Assembly: GCF_001194135.2 (NCBI RefSeq)
Contig: NC_069003.1
Coordinates: 23,233,294 to 23,268,784, forward strand
DNA length: 35,491 nucleotides
From: Octopus bimaculoides
Lineage: Eukaryota
Direction of reading: 5' to 3'
Below the pieces are notes generated by a model. The model was not told the origin of the DNA. It did not search any database and worked only from the letters and a program-made list of their open reading frames with translations. Position numbers and translations under genes: made by a program. How positions within the stretch are numbered: position 1 is the stretch's first letter; every line of letters starts with the position of its first letter. Below, one piece after another: positions 12,290 through 22,760 of this stretch.

Positions 12290-12640
12290 AAAGTACAAAG
12301 ATAATTTTTAATACAATATATTTGCTCATGTTTATAACTTCTTTGATATTCTAAAATTTTTCTCCATCTATTTGTAAATTTTTCAATACCTCATTCAAAT
12401 AATTCCTGTGATTTTAAATTAAAATATATATGTAATTCATTTTCTATGTCTTCCTTGCTGATTATACTTTTCCTGCCTAAATGTTTTCACAAAGATTTAA
12501 TTAATGTTTTCACAAAGACCTCTGATGAAGCAAGTTCAAGAAAATATGGAGGGTGTAGCATTTTGTCCAGTTTGAACAATTCCATACTATTGTGCAGACT
12601 TGTGAAGTGTGAGGTTGAGTCCATAACAATACAAATAAAT
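12290..12640 (-). mobile_element. Old mariner transposase C-terminal relic
   Basis: Minus strand MLHPPYFLELASSEVF (cf. HPPYSPDLAPSD) .. KHLGRKSIISKEDIE .. ELFE*GIEKFTNRWRKILE. Confidence 0.65.
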
Positions 12641-12872
12641 TGATTATAAGTTGTAAAGCTAAAAAAAAAAATAAAAGAACTGACATATATGTTTCAGTAC
12701 TATATATATGTTGTTGTACTTGGGGATGGTCATATTGCCAGTTTAGCCAATAAAAACACACGCACTGTATATTTGGTGTTAATTTGCTTCAGCTTTATAT
12801 TACATTAATCTTAATCTTATATATATATATATATATATATAAGGATTTACTTTTCGTAATGAGATTAAAAAA

Positions 12873-12936
12873 ACCAAGGCTGTGTATAATATAGAACATT
12901 TATAAATAGAAGTTCTATATTATACACAGCCTTGGT
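12873..12936. repeat. Perfect 25-bp inverted repeat with a 14-nt loop
   Basis: accaaggctgtgtataatatagaac / gttctatattatacacagccttggt. Confidence 0.9.
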
Positions 12937-12938
12937 CT

Positions 12939-13167
12939 NNNNNNNNNNNNNNNNNNNNNNNNNNNNNNNNNNNNNNNNNNNNNNNNNNNNNNNNNNNNNN
13001 NNNNNNNNNNNNNNNNNNNNNNNNNNNNNNNNNNNNNNNNNNNNNNNNNNNNNNNNNNNNNNNNNNNNNNNNNNNNNNNNNNNNNNNNNNNNNNNNNNNN
13101 NNNNNNNNNNNNNNNNNNNNNNNNNNNNNNNNNNNNNNNNNNNNNNNNNNNNNNNNNNNNNNNNNNN
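12939..13167. other. Assembly gap (N)
   Basis: Run of N. Confidence 1.
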
Positions 13168-13648
13168 AATTAACAATTATTATTATTAATAGGAAATTAA
13201 TCATCATCACTTACACCTGTAAATTTTAAAGTAAATATTAATTTTATATGAGCTGACCATAACATCTTCAGAGGGATAAAATTCACCTTTGGGTGTTTTA
13301 TATGTTTTTATGGATTCATTATAGCAGTCTGCTATAGTGAATCCATAAACACAAAATAATATTCAAGGGTATATTTTTTTCCCTCCGAAGAGGGTCATAT
13401 AAATTTATATTTACTGAGTATTAATTGAAACAGCTGTAAATGATGATGATTAATTTGTTGTTGATAATAAACAATTATTAACTTCCCAATCTCCATTTCC
13501 TTTTTCTTCTTTTATATGAATATAAACTATGTTTTTATGTATACACCTATTATTTTAAGGAAATTTATTCCCCCAAATACTAGGTATTGAACCAGTATTT
13601 CCTTGGATGAAAGCATCCCTTCATGAGGTTAACACAACTTCTAATCGA

Positions 13649-13679
<31 letters not shown>

Positions 13680-13893
13680 GGTCAGCGAGTTGACTGAATC
13701 ATTGGCACATCGGGCAAAATGCTTTGTGGAATTTTGTCTGTCATTGTGTTCTCATTTCAAATACCAATGAGGTTGACTTTGCCTTTCATCCTTTTGGGGT
13801 CGATAAAATAAGTACCATTATGAACTGGGGTCACTGTAATTGACTTAGCCCTTTCCCCATATTGCTGACCCAGTGCCAAAATTTGAAACCAAT
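13680..13893 (+). mobile_element. SINE family B-related, old copy with a different tail
   Basis: Shares gaggttgactttgcctttcatcc..ggggtcgataaaataagtacca..ctggggtc with family B. Confidence 0.75.
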
Positions 13894-14398
13894 ACATATA
13901 TTACGTGTGTGTGTGTAGAGTTATGTTTACACTTCTGTCAAAGAAGTTTGACCTTACAGAAATGTAACTTTCCAGATATTTCATATCGCATCTAAAGTTG
14001 CGTACAAATTGAAAATGCACTTATTAATACCTTGTGTGTAAACAGCAAAACTGGCAAAATGAAGAAAACAGCAGTGAAAGGTATAAAGTAAAAGGAGAAA
14101 AAAAAAAAAAAATCTTGCTAAGCGAAAATAATTCTAAAGGTCAAGAAATGACAAGAAATTTTCATTGGAGATAATAAACTCTTCAAAAACATATAGTGGT
14201 AGTAGTGTGCAAAAATATAATGATTGATTGACAGCTATTATTAGAATTAGGGGTTAAAGAAAAGGAATTTGAAAAGTTCAAGCATAAATATACAAAACAT
14301 ATAATCAAAAAACTATTTTTCCGTACTCATAGCAACAAGAAAACTGGATGTGCAGTGCCAGCTCCAATAACTATAAATGAATGTATATATATATATAT

Positions 14399-14808
14399 CA
14401 TCATCATCATCTTCATCTTCATCTAGTGTCCACTTTCCATGCTGACATGGGTTGGACAGTTTGACTGGAACTGGTAAACTGGAGAGCTATACCAGGTTCC
14501 AGTCTGATTTGGTATGGTTTCTATGGCTGGATGCCCTTCCGAATGCCAAGAGTGTAATGGATGCTTTTTATGTGCCACTAGCATATGTATGTACATACAT
14601 ACATGCATACATACATACATACATACATACATGTATATGTATATGCATATATACATATACATATATATATATATATATGTTTACAGGCTTCTTTTAGTTT
14701 CCATCTACCAAATCCACAGAAAAGGCTTTAGTTGGCCCAAGGTTGGTGGGATTGAACCTGGAGCTATGTGGTTGAGATGCAAACTTCTTGCCACACACCC
14801 AATCCTGC

Positions 14809-14812
<4 letters not shown>
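14399..14812 (-). mobile_element. SINE with family A head, microsatellite spacer and an alternative tail ending in (ATG)n
   Basis: 14680-14812 is a family A head (reverse strand, with an internal deletion); 14424-14582 is a different tail containing ggatgcccttcc. Confidence 0.65.
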
Positions 14813-14860
<48 letters not shown>

Positions 14861-14918
14861 ATGTACATGCAAATATATATATACATATATATATATATAT
14901 ATTTGTATGTACATGCAA

Positions 14919-14952
<34 letters not shown>

Positions 14953-15100
14953 TTGTATGTACATACAAATATATATATACATATATATATATATATATTT
15001 GTATGTACATACAAATATATATATACATATATAGATATATATTTGTATGTACATACAAATATATATATATATATATATATATATTTGTATATACAAACAT
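14812..15100. repeat. (AT)n-based minisatellite of 20-bp palindromes atttgtatgtacat(a/g)caaat
   Basis: Copies at 14855, 14901, 14951, 14997 and 15041, with a shortened copy near 15083. Confidence 0.9.
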
Positions 15101-15364
15101 ATAATAATAATTTATGTATCATACTTAAAGCAAATACATCATGGAAAGCCTAATTAATTGATGTATTCATCTGGAGATGATATCTCTTGTTGATGTATAA
15201 TGTTAAAAAAACAAAACTCAAAAGCTAAAAAAACAACCCACAAAAACATATCAGTACCAGATCAAAACTGCCCAGCAGCAGTGGTGTCCTTGCTGAGTTG
15301 GAAGTTTGCCTGATCGAACTACTAGATACTGATCAAGATTCTCGTTGAAACTGATGGAGGATAC

Positions 15365-15730
15365 TTTTATCATCATCATCATCGTCATCATCATCATCGT
15401 CGTCGTCATCATCATCATTGTCATTGTCGTCATCATTGTCATCAACATCGTCATCATCATAGTCATTGTTATTATCATCGTCGTTGTTGTGGTCATCATC
15501 ATCATCATCGTCATTGTCGTCATCATTGTTATCACCAAGGTTTTCATCGTCATCATCATCATGATCATTGTCATCCATCGCTGTCGTCATTGTCATCGTC
15601 ATCAACTTCATCATTATGATTATTATTGTCATGAACATGATCATAATCATCACAATCACCATCATCATCATCATCCTCATCCTCCTCATCATCGCCGTCG
15701 TCGTCGTCGTCATCATCATCATCATCACTT
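15365..15730. repeat. Degenerate (ATC/GTC)n trinucleotide tract
   Basis: Read directly; explains the poly-M/D/I/H ORFs. Confidence 0.95.
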
Positions 15731-16406
15731 CATAATGTATAAAGTACATCTAATTATTTTAAGCTTAATTATGTTTAACCTTTAGTCAGGTTTGACCCAG
15801 CAGTCTTATAATCCATCAATCACATCTTTATTGTGAAAATGTGTCTGAAATTACATTCATCCAATTATGTCCTTCCCCTTTCGAATAAAATTTGAGTTGT
15901 TATTTCTAGCAAGTTGGCTGAATGTGCAATGGTTGGCTTTGTTGGCTTGGCATGGTAGGTGAACTGTAGTGTGATCAAACACTGAGATTAGGCAATTGTG
16001 TCGAGGATTATGGCACTGCACGGTGTCTAGCGTTGGAGCTGTGTGGGGTCTAATCTTAGCATCATAGTAGTGTAGTATCTTGGATACTCAGCAGTATATA
16101 GTGGGGGTGGCTGGAATCGGTCAAGTGGTGTGGAGTCATGTTGAGTTGGCAGCAAGTCATTGGAGCGGCAGGATATCGGCAGCATGTGGTGGAATTGCGT
16201 GGTGTAATACGGGGTGAAGTTGGTAGCAGATGGTGCAATGGTCCTCAAGCATTTTTTTTACTTATGGACCCCCTTTGGTTCCCGTTTTACTTGGATGGCC
16301 CCCCCCCCCACCGCCTTGGCTATTTGATGTTTTAAAAATCCTATTATTTTTTTTTTTATTAAATATTATTACGAATTGTATTTTTAAAAAATTGTTTAAA
16401 TATTTT

Positions 16407-17003
16407 GGTGTGGCTGCGTGGTAAGAAGTTTGCTTCCCAACCACATAGTTCTGGGTTCAGTCCCACTGTGTGGCACTTTAGGCAAGTATCTTCTACTATA
16501 TCCCACACAGCCTCGTGAATGGATTTGGTAGATAGAAACTGAAAGAAGGCGGCGAGCTGGCAGAAACATTAGCATGCCGGGCAAAATGCTTAGCGGTATT
16601 TCGTCTGCTGCTACATTCTGAGTTCAAATTCTGCTGAGGTCGACTTTGCCTTTCATCCTTTCGGGGTCGATTAAATAAGTACCAGTTATGCACTGGGGTT
16701 GATGTAATCAATTTAATCCGTTTGTCTCTCCTTGTTTGTCCCCTCTATGTCTAGCCCCTTGTGGGCAATAAAGAAATAAGAAACTAAAAGAAGCCTCTTG
16801 TATATATGTATGTATATACATCTATGTGTCCTTGTGTCTATGTTTGTCCCCACATCATTGCTTGACAACTGGTGTTGGTATGTTTGTGTCCCTGTAACTT
16901 AGCAGTTCAGCAAAAAAGACCGATAGAATAAAGCCCTTTAAGGTAGTGCTCCAGCATGACTGAAGTCAAATGACTGAAACATGTAAAAGAATAAAAGAAT
17001 AAA
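16407..17003 (+). mobile_element. SINE family A interrupted by a family B copy
   Basis: Head 16407-16547; remainder resumes at 16793 (gcctcttgtatatatg) and continues to the tail. Confidence 0.85.
16548..16778 (+). mobile_element. SINE family B, full length, nested in family A
   Basis: 14-bp TSD with one mismatch: agaaactgaaagaa (16534-16547) / agaaactaaaagaa (16779-16792). Confidence 0.92.
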
Positions 17004-17070
17004 ATATTATTAGGAAGTGAATAAAAAAAATTGTAAATATATTTTGTGCTTTGTAGGACCCTACTCTTAG

Positions 17071-17441
17071 TCTTTTGTTTGTTCCAGTCATTTGACTGTG
17101 GCCATGCTGGAGCACCACCTTTAGCCGAACAAATCAGCCCCAGGCCTTATTTTTTGTAAGCCTAAAACTTATTCTATCAGTCTTTTTTGCCGAACTGCTA
17201 AGTTACAGGAATGTAAACACACCAACACCGGTTGTCAAGCAATGGTGGGAGGACAAACACAGACTCACATACACACACACATATACACATACATATATAT
17301 ATACAACAGGCTTCTTTCAGTTTCCGCCTACCAAATCCACTCACAAGGCTTTGGTCAGCCTGAGGTGCCAAACAGTGGGACTGAATCTGGAATGATGTGA
17401 TTGGTAAGCAAGCTACTTACCACACAACCACTCCTGCACCT
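17071..17441 (-). mobile_element. SINE family A with a short internal deletion
   Basis: Reverse complement of the family; ends accactcctgcacct. Confidence 0.88.
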
Positions 17442-17498
17442 AATTTATTGCACATAAATTTTAACAACAGAATCTTACATGGACCTCCATGGGCCATA

Positions 17499-17745
17499 GT
17501 GGAAGTATGTGGCTTAGTGGTTAAGGTGTTGGACTCATGATTGTAAGATTGTGGTTTCAGTTCCTGGACTGGATGATGTGTTGTGTTCTGGAGCAAAACA
17601 CTTCGTTTCATGCTGCTCCAGTCCACTCAGCTGAAGAAAATAAGTAATCCTGTGACGGATCAGTGTCCTATCCAAGTGGGAAATATATACGCCATGAAAC
17701 TGGGAAACCTGCCCTTATGAGTTGTTATGACTCAAGAAGATACCT
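17499..17745 (+). mobile_element. tRNA-derived SINE, family C (variant tail)
   Basis: A box TGGCTTAGTGG; central gtgttgtgttc..agcaaaacact..gctccagtccactcagctg shared with 23071-23405. Confidence 0.75.
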
Positions 17746-17885
17746 TTCTGTTTACCTTTACCCCAACGGCTATATGGACCCTAATCATTTTTTACCTATG
17801 ACTCCCTTTAATTACTATTTTACTTGGATGGAACCAATTATAAAAAAAATCTTATTATATTTTGATAATTAGATATTATATTATA

Positions 17886-18050
17886 GGCACAGGTGTGGCT
17901 GTATGGGAAGTAGCTCGCTTACCAACCACATAGTAGCAGGTTCAGTCCCACTGTGTGGCATCTTGGGCAAGTGTCTTCTACTATAGCCTCGGGCTGACCA
18001 AAGCCTTGTGAGTGGATTTGGTAGATGGAAACTGAAAGAAGCCCATTATA

Positions 18051-18123
<73 letters not shown>

Positions 18124-18578
18124 ATATAATAATATTAGGGATAAAATCCAAAATTACAGGTAAAAACTCAATTAAAATCAATTTATTAAAAATTAAAATT
18201 AAATTTTCACAGTATATTTGTGACAGTGGATTTTCATTGATGAGTTCATGAACCTTGGTTCTTTTCCCTAAAACTATATATACATACATATATATATATA
18301 TATATGTATGTATATATATATATATTTATGTATGTATGTATTTGTGTGTGTGTGTCTTTGTGTCTGTGTTTGTCCCCCCACCATTACTTGACAACCGATG
18401 TTGGTGTGTTTATGTCCCAGTAACTTAGCAGTTCAGCAATAGAGACTGATAAAATAAGTACTAAGCTTACAAAGAATAAGTCCTGGAGTTAATTTCTTCA
18501 ACTAGAAAATACCCTGAAGGCAGTGCTCCAGCATGGCTGCAGTCAAGTGACTGATACAAGTAAAAGAATAAAAGAATA
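17886..18578 (+). mobile_element. SINE family A with an expanded internal microsatellite that carries a further insertion
   Basis: Head 17886-18045, tail ~18345-18578. Confidence 0.88.
18135..18271. mobile_element. Small AT-rich insertion with imperfect 17-bp terminal inverted repeats
   Basis: ttagggataaaatccaa / ttggttcttttccctaa (14/17 match), embedded in the SINE microsatellite. Confidence 0.5.
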
Positions 18579-18944
18579 ATTTTATAATTAAATACAATTA
18601 GGAATTGTGAAAATATTGTTGAAATATTTCGTTTAATGACAAGTATAATCAATTTATTGCTGATAAATTTCAATCACAAAATCTTAGATGGACCCCTAAG
18701 GGTCATATGAAAGCAGGGGAAGAAATGATGTCATGGGATGATGAAGAGTGATGTAGTGGGGAGCGGTGGAGGTAATAGGTGGAGAGAGTTGGCAACATGT
18801 AGTAGTGGGTGGTGAAGGGTAATGAGCTGGAGAGATGCGGTGGTGAGGGATAAAGCGGAGTGGTGTTGGTAGGCAGTGATGTGGTGGTGGTGGTGGTGGT
18901 TTGGGGTGCGTTTAGGAGTTTTGTGGTGTTGGGTAACTGTAGGA

Positions 18945-18945
18945 T

Positions 18946-18989
<44 letters not shown>

Positions 18990-20187
18990 AATGATGTGAG
19001 GGACAGTGGATGAAGAATGATGATGGCTGTGGTGGTGGTGTTTGGTAATGGTGCAGGGTGGAGGGTACAGGGCGGGGTATGCCTGCTGGGTGGACAGACA
19101 GTTATGACATCTTTCCTCTGGAATGCTGCACTGTTTCAGTTTCATAACTGCTGTAGTGGTTGTGGTGGTGACGGTGGTGACGGTGGTGGTGGTGGCGGTT
19201 GTGGTGATGATGATGACGGTGTCGGTGGTAGTGGTGGTGACAATGATGGTGGTGATGGTGGTGGTAGTTATATTGATGGTGGTGCTGCTGATGGTGGTGG
19301 TGGTGGTGGTAGTGGTAGTGGTGGTGACAATGATGGTGGTGGTGGTAGTGGTAGTGGTGGTGACAATGATGGTGATAGTAGTAGTGTGGTGGTAGTTGTA
19401 TTGATGGTGGTGCTGCTGACAGTGGTGATGGTGATGGTAGTGGTGGTGGTGGTAGTCGTGATGGTGTTGGTGTAGGTGGTCACGGTGGTGGTTGAGGTAA
19501 TGCTGCTGATGTTACTTCTACTGCTGCTGTTGCAAGCTGTTTGTGTGCAACAGCTGCAACTGATGCATGAATCCCTGTTTACCACTGTTTTGTCGTCTCA
19601 GTACAGTCTTATTTACGAGGGTCGGTGCAGCATCAGAGGATGCACTAGGTGCAGCTGACACCGCTGCACCATACAATGATGATGATGATGATGACAAAGA
19701 TGACGATGATCTTGGTGGTGACAATGATGGCAATGACGACGATGACGATGATGATGATGAGGAGGAGGAGGAAGAGAAAGTGGATGAGAAAGATGCTATC
19801 AAAACACTGCTGCTGCTGCTGTTGTTGCTGTAGTCTTTGCAGCAACTTTCATTGCTGCAGCTACTACTGCTGCTGTTAGTGACATGACTGCTGCACATGC
19901 TGCTGTTGCCACGGTTAGTGTTGTAGCTGCTGTATGTACTGCTACTAGTGCTGCTGCTGCTTGTGTTGCTACTACAGGTGTTACTTAATGTGCATGAACT
20001 GTTGCTGCAGCATGTGCAGCAGCAGCAACAGCGGTTGGAAGTGTAACTGCTTCTGCAGGTGCTGCTGTTGCAGCAGCTGTAGGTAATACAATGTCAGTCT
20101 CAACATTCTATGAGAGATGGTCAATGAGAGAGAGAGACAGACAGACAGCCAGCCAGCCAGCCAGCCAGCCAGAGAGAGAGAGAGATA

Positions 20188-20235
<48 letters not shown>
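18945..20235. repeat. Cluster of simple and cryptic repeats: (GA)n, (GGT)n, (GAT)n, (GCT/GCA)n, (CAGC)n
   Basis: Read directly. Confidence 0.9.
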
Positions 20236-20236
<1 letters not shown>

Positions 20237-20400
20237 ATGGATGTGACAAATGAAGAATGGAACACCTGACTTGCAGAATATTGCAATGTTAATTCTATAC
20301 AAGTACTAGATATATATTTACTAATTATACTAATATAAACTAATTATATGTATACCAATATACATACATACATATATGGGTGTGTGCACGCGTGTGTGTG

Positions 20401-20434
<34 letters not shown>

Positions 20435-20457
20435 CAAATAAATTATATATATATATA

Positions 20458-20557
20458 NNNNNNNNNNNNNNNNNNNNNNNNNNNNNNNNNNNNNNNNNNN
20501 NNNNNNNNNNNNNNNNNNNNNNNNNNNNNNNNNNNNNNNNNNNNNNNNNNNNNNNNN
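20458..20557. other. Assembly gap (100 N)
   Basis: Run of N. Confidence 1.
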
Positions 20558-20601
<44 letters not shown>

Positions 20602-20691
20602 TCTGTTGTGTCAGGAGAGAGTCATTCTCTTTTAGTGCCTTATAATTTAACATACTCACCGGTAGAATTTCCACTTATTTGTTTTTTGTTT

Positions 20692-20732
20692 CTCTAAACA
20701 TTTTTGTTGCGTCTTGCAACCTTTTCAATAGT
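20692..20732 (-). ncRNA. Decayed minimal hammerhead-like motif (U3:A8 core)
   Basis: Minus strand CTA TTGAAAA G GTTGC aagac GCAAC AAAAA TGTT TAG; GAAA appears as AAAA, consistent with CpG decay. Confidence 0.45.
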
Positions 20733-21120
20733 TTTGACTCTGTCCGTTACTCACACTGCATTCCTTTTTGTTTGTTTGTGCGCATGTGTATGGATCAGTG
20801 TGTGTGCCTAGACATGCATGCTTGCATGTATGTGTGTATGCATGTATGTGTGTGTATGCATAGGTATCTATTTATGTGTTATGTGTGTACATTAGTATGT
20901 ATGTATTCTGCATATTCCTATACATACACAAACATATTTGATAAATGCCACTGCACGAAACTCTCTGCCCTTGAGTCACTCATATATATATATATGTATA
21001 TACACACACACATATACACATACACATGCACCAATTATATTTACCTGTATCTCTGTTTTCTTTATTTGTGTGTGTGAGTGTGTGTATGTGTGTGTATGTG
21101 TGCATGTGTCTGTGATTGAG

Positions 21121-21312
21121 TCTGTGTTTGACATCCAGTGTTGATGCGTTTCTGTCCTCATAACTTAAAAGTTTCAGCAAAAGAGACTGATAGAATAGGT
21201 ACCAGGCTTAAAACAAGAAAAATAAGTTCTGAGGTTGATTCATTCGACTAAAGACCCTTCATGTTGGTGCCCCAGCATGGTCACAGTCTAATGACTGAAA
21301 CAAGTAAAAAGA
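21121..21312 (+). mobile_element. SINE family A, 3' half
   Basis: Tail motifs as in other copies. Confidence 0.75.
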
Positions 21313-21330
21313 TATATATATATATATATA

Positions 21331-21705
21331 GGCGCAGGAGTGGCTGTGTGGTAAGTAGCTTGCTAACCAACTACATGGTTCCAGGTTCAGTCCCACTGCG
21401 TGGCACCTTGGGTAAGTGTCTTCTACTATAGCCTTAGGCTGACCAAAGCCTTGCGAGTGGATTTTGTAGACGGAAACTGAAAGAAGCCTGGCGTTTGTTT
21501 GTATCTGTGTTTGTCCCTCCACTATCGACTGACAACCGATGCTAGTGTGTTTACATTCCCGTAACATAGTGGTTCAGCAAAAAAGACCGATAGAATAAGT
21601 ACTAGGCTTACAAAGAATAAGTTCTGCAGTTGATTTGTTTGACTAAAGGTGGTGCTCCTGTATGGCCACAGTCAAATGACTGAAACAAATAAAAGAGTAA
21701 AAGAA
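21331..21705 (+). mobile_element. SINE family A, full length, lacking the internal microsatellite
   Basis: ggcgcaggagtggctgtgtgg .. gaaacaaataaaagagtaaaaga. Confidence 0.9.
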
Positions 21706-21940
21706 TATATATATATAATATATATATATATAATATATATATATATTCTTTTATTCCTTTATTCGTTTCATCTGCACAGCTGCGGTCATGCTGGAGCATA
21801 TATAAAACTATAAAACTATTACTTCTTTTTCCATGACTTCTTTAATTTTACTTGCTAAATAGACTATTGTTTTGTGGAGACTATTGAAAGCTTTCACTCA
21901 AAACCTCACACACACATACACACTCACATACACAGATATA

Positions 21941-22760
21941 CAGGTTGTTCTGGATAAATTTGGCATTGCCTCCTTTTTTAGGAATAGCTTGATGTATTGG
22001 TGAACAGTCTACAGCATTGGAGAGCATAAAGATTAAAGTTATAGTTGAGAAAAAGTTAACTGACATAGAAGATGGAAGCCATATGAATATTCAGAAAGAG
22101 TTACCTGTAGCCTGATAATTCATGCTGGGTATCAAAATGCCAACATCATGACTGGTGCTCAATGCTCTGTGGACACTATAAAGGCTGTAATGGAAACTAT
22201 GAAGCCATGGCAGGCCCATGGAACACAGCTAGTGCTCCGACTATATCCACATATAGGGAGCCATCCCCATATCTTTGACCTGGTCCTTAGGCTCAATTCA
22301 AACAGCTACTGAGGCTGTTGGAGACTTTGGTCAAACCCCAGCTGGAGAGGGTTTCTGCTGGAAGGCCATATGTGTGGCAGCAGGATTCAGCTCCTTGATA
22401 CACTTCCAGAAAGAGTCAGAAATGGTTGTCAGAACTTCTACGACTTCACTGGCTGCACTTTCTAGCATCCTTATGCCCCTGATTGTAAATCCCATCGATT
22501 ATAATGTGTTGGGTATGGATGAGAAGGACACCAACTGCTTTGCTTTGCTTGCAACATCAAGACCGAGCTGGTGGCCAAGATCAAGATGTTTGAAGATCTT
22601 CCCAAGGACACCATAAAAAACACGAGCGTCAGGTTCCAGAGCTGTCTTGAGGCCATGGTAGAAGTTGAGTAAATTGTTATCTCCCAGCCATAATGTAGTT
22701 GGAGTTTTTTGAATTTTACGAATACTTTTGCTTGTGGATGGGATATATTTTGTTGTGTCT
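21941..22760 (+). mobile_element. Internally deleted Tc1/mariner DD37D (maT-type) transposon relic
   Basis: TA then caggttgttctggataaatt; LLETLVKPQLERVSAGRPYVWQQDSAP*YTSRKSQKWLSE, followed by a frameshifted SPDxNPxDY-like segment and ELVAKIK..EDLP. Confidence 0.8.

Larger units (their letters stand above)
16236..17498 (+). mobile_element. hAT/Charlie-like MITE fragments split by SINE insertions (pieces ~16236-16406, 17004-17060, 17442-17498)
   Basis: Terminus caatggtcctcaagc resembles CAGTGGTTCTCAACC-type ends; body aligns with the second copy at 17780-18706. Superfamily call is inference. Confidence 0.45.
17780..18706 (+). mobile_element. Second hAT-like MITE copy split by a SINE (pieces ~17780-17885 and 18579-18706)
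   Basis: aatcattttttacctatg..ttacttggatgg and cttagatggacccc match the first copy. Confidence 0.5.

Noticed and set aside
12521-12555. ctgatgaag..gaaaatat as a hammerhead
   Set aside because: No stem II; the sequence is the antisense of the mariner LELASSE (PDLAPSD-like) motif
14812-15100. CRISPR-like array (regular palindromic repeats)
   Set aside because: The spacers are (AT)n rather than unique sequence, the context is eukaryotic, and there are no cas genes
15250-15350. Possible LINE 3' fragment or exon (minus strand SFNENLDQYL..)
   Set aside because: Too short and too diverged to assign
18237-18256. TTGATGA-GTTC at GAAC as a hammerhead
   Set aside because: GAAA, helix III and the cleavage triplet are absent
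19476-19658. Signal-peptide-like ORF MLLLLLLLQAVC..
   Set aside because: The Leu run comes from a (CTG)n repeat and there is no supporting gene structure
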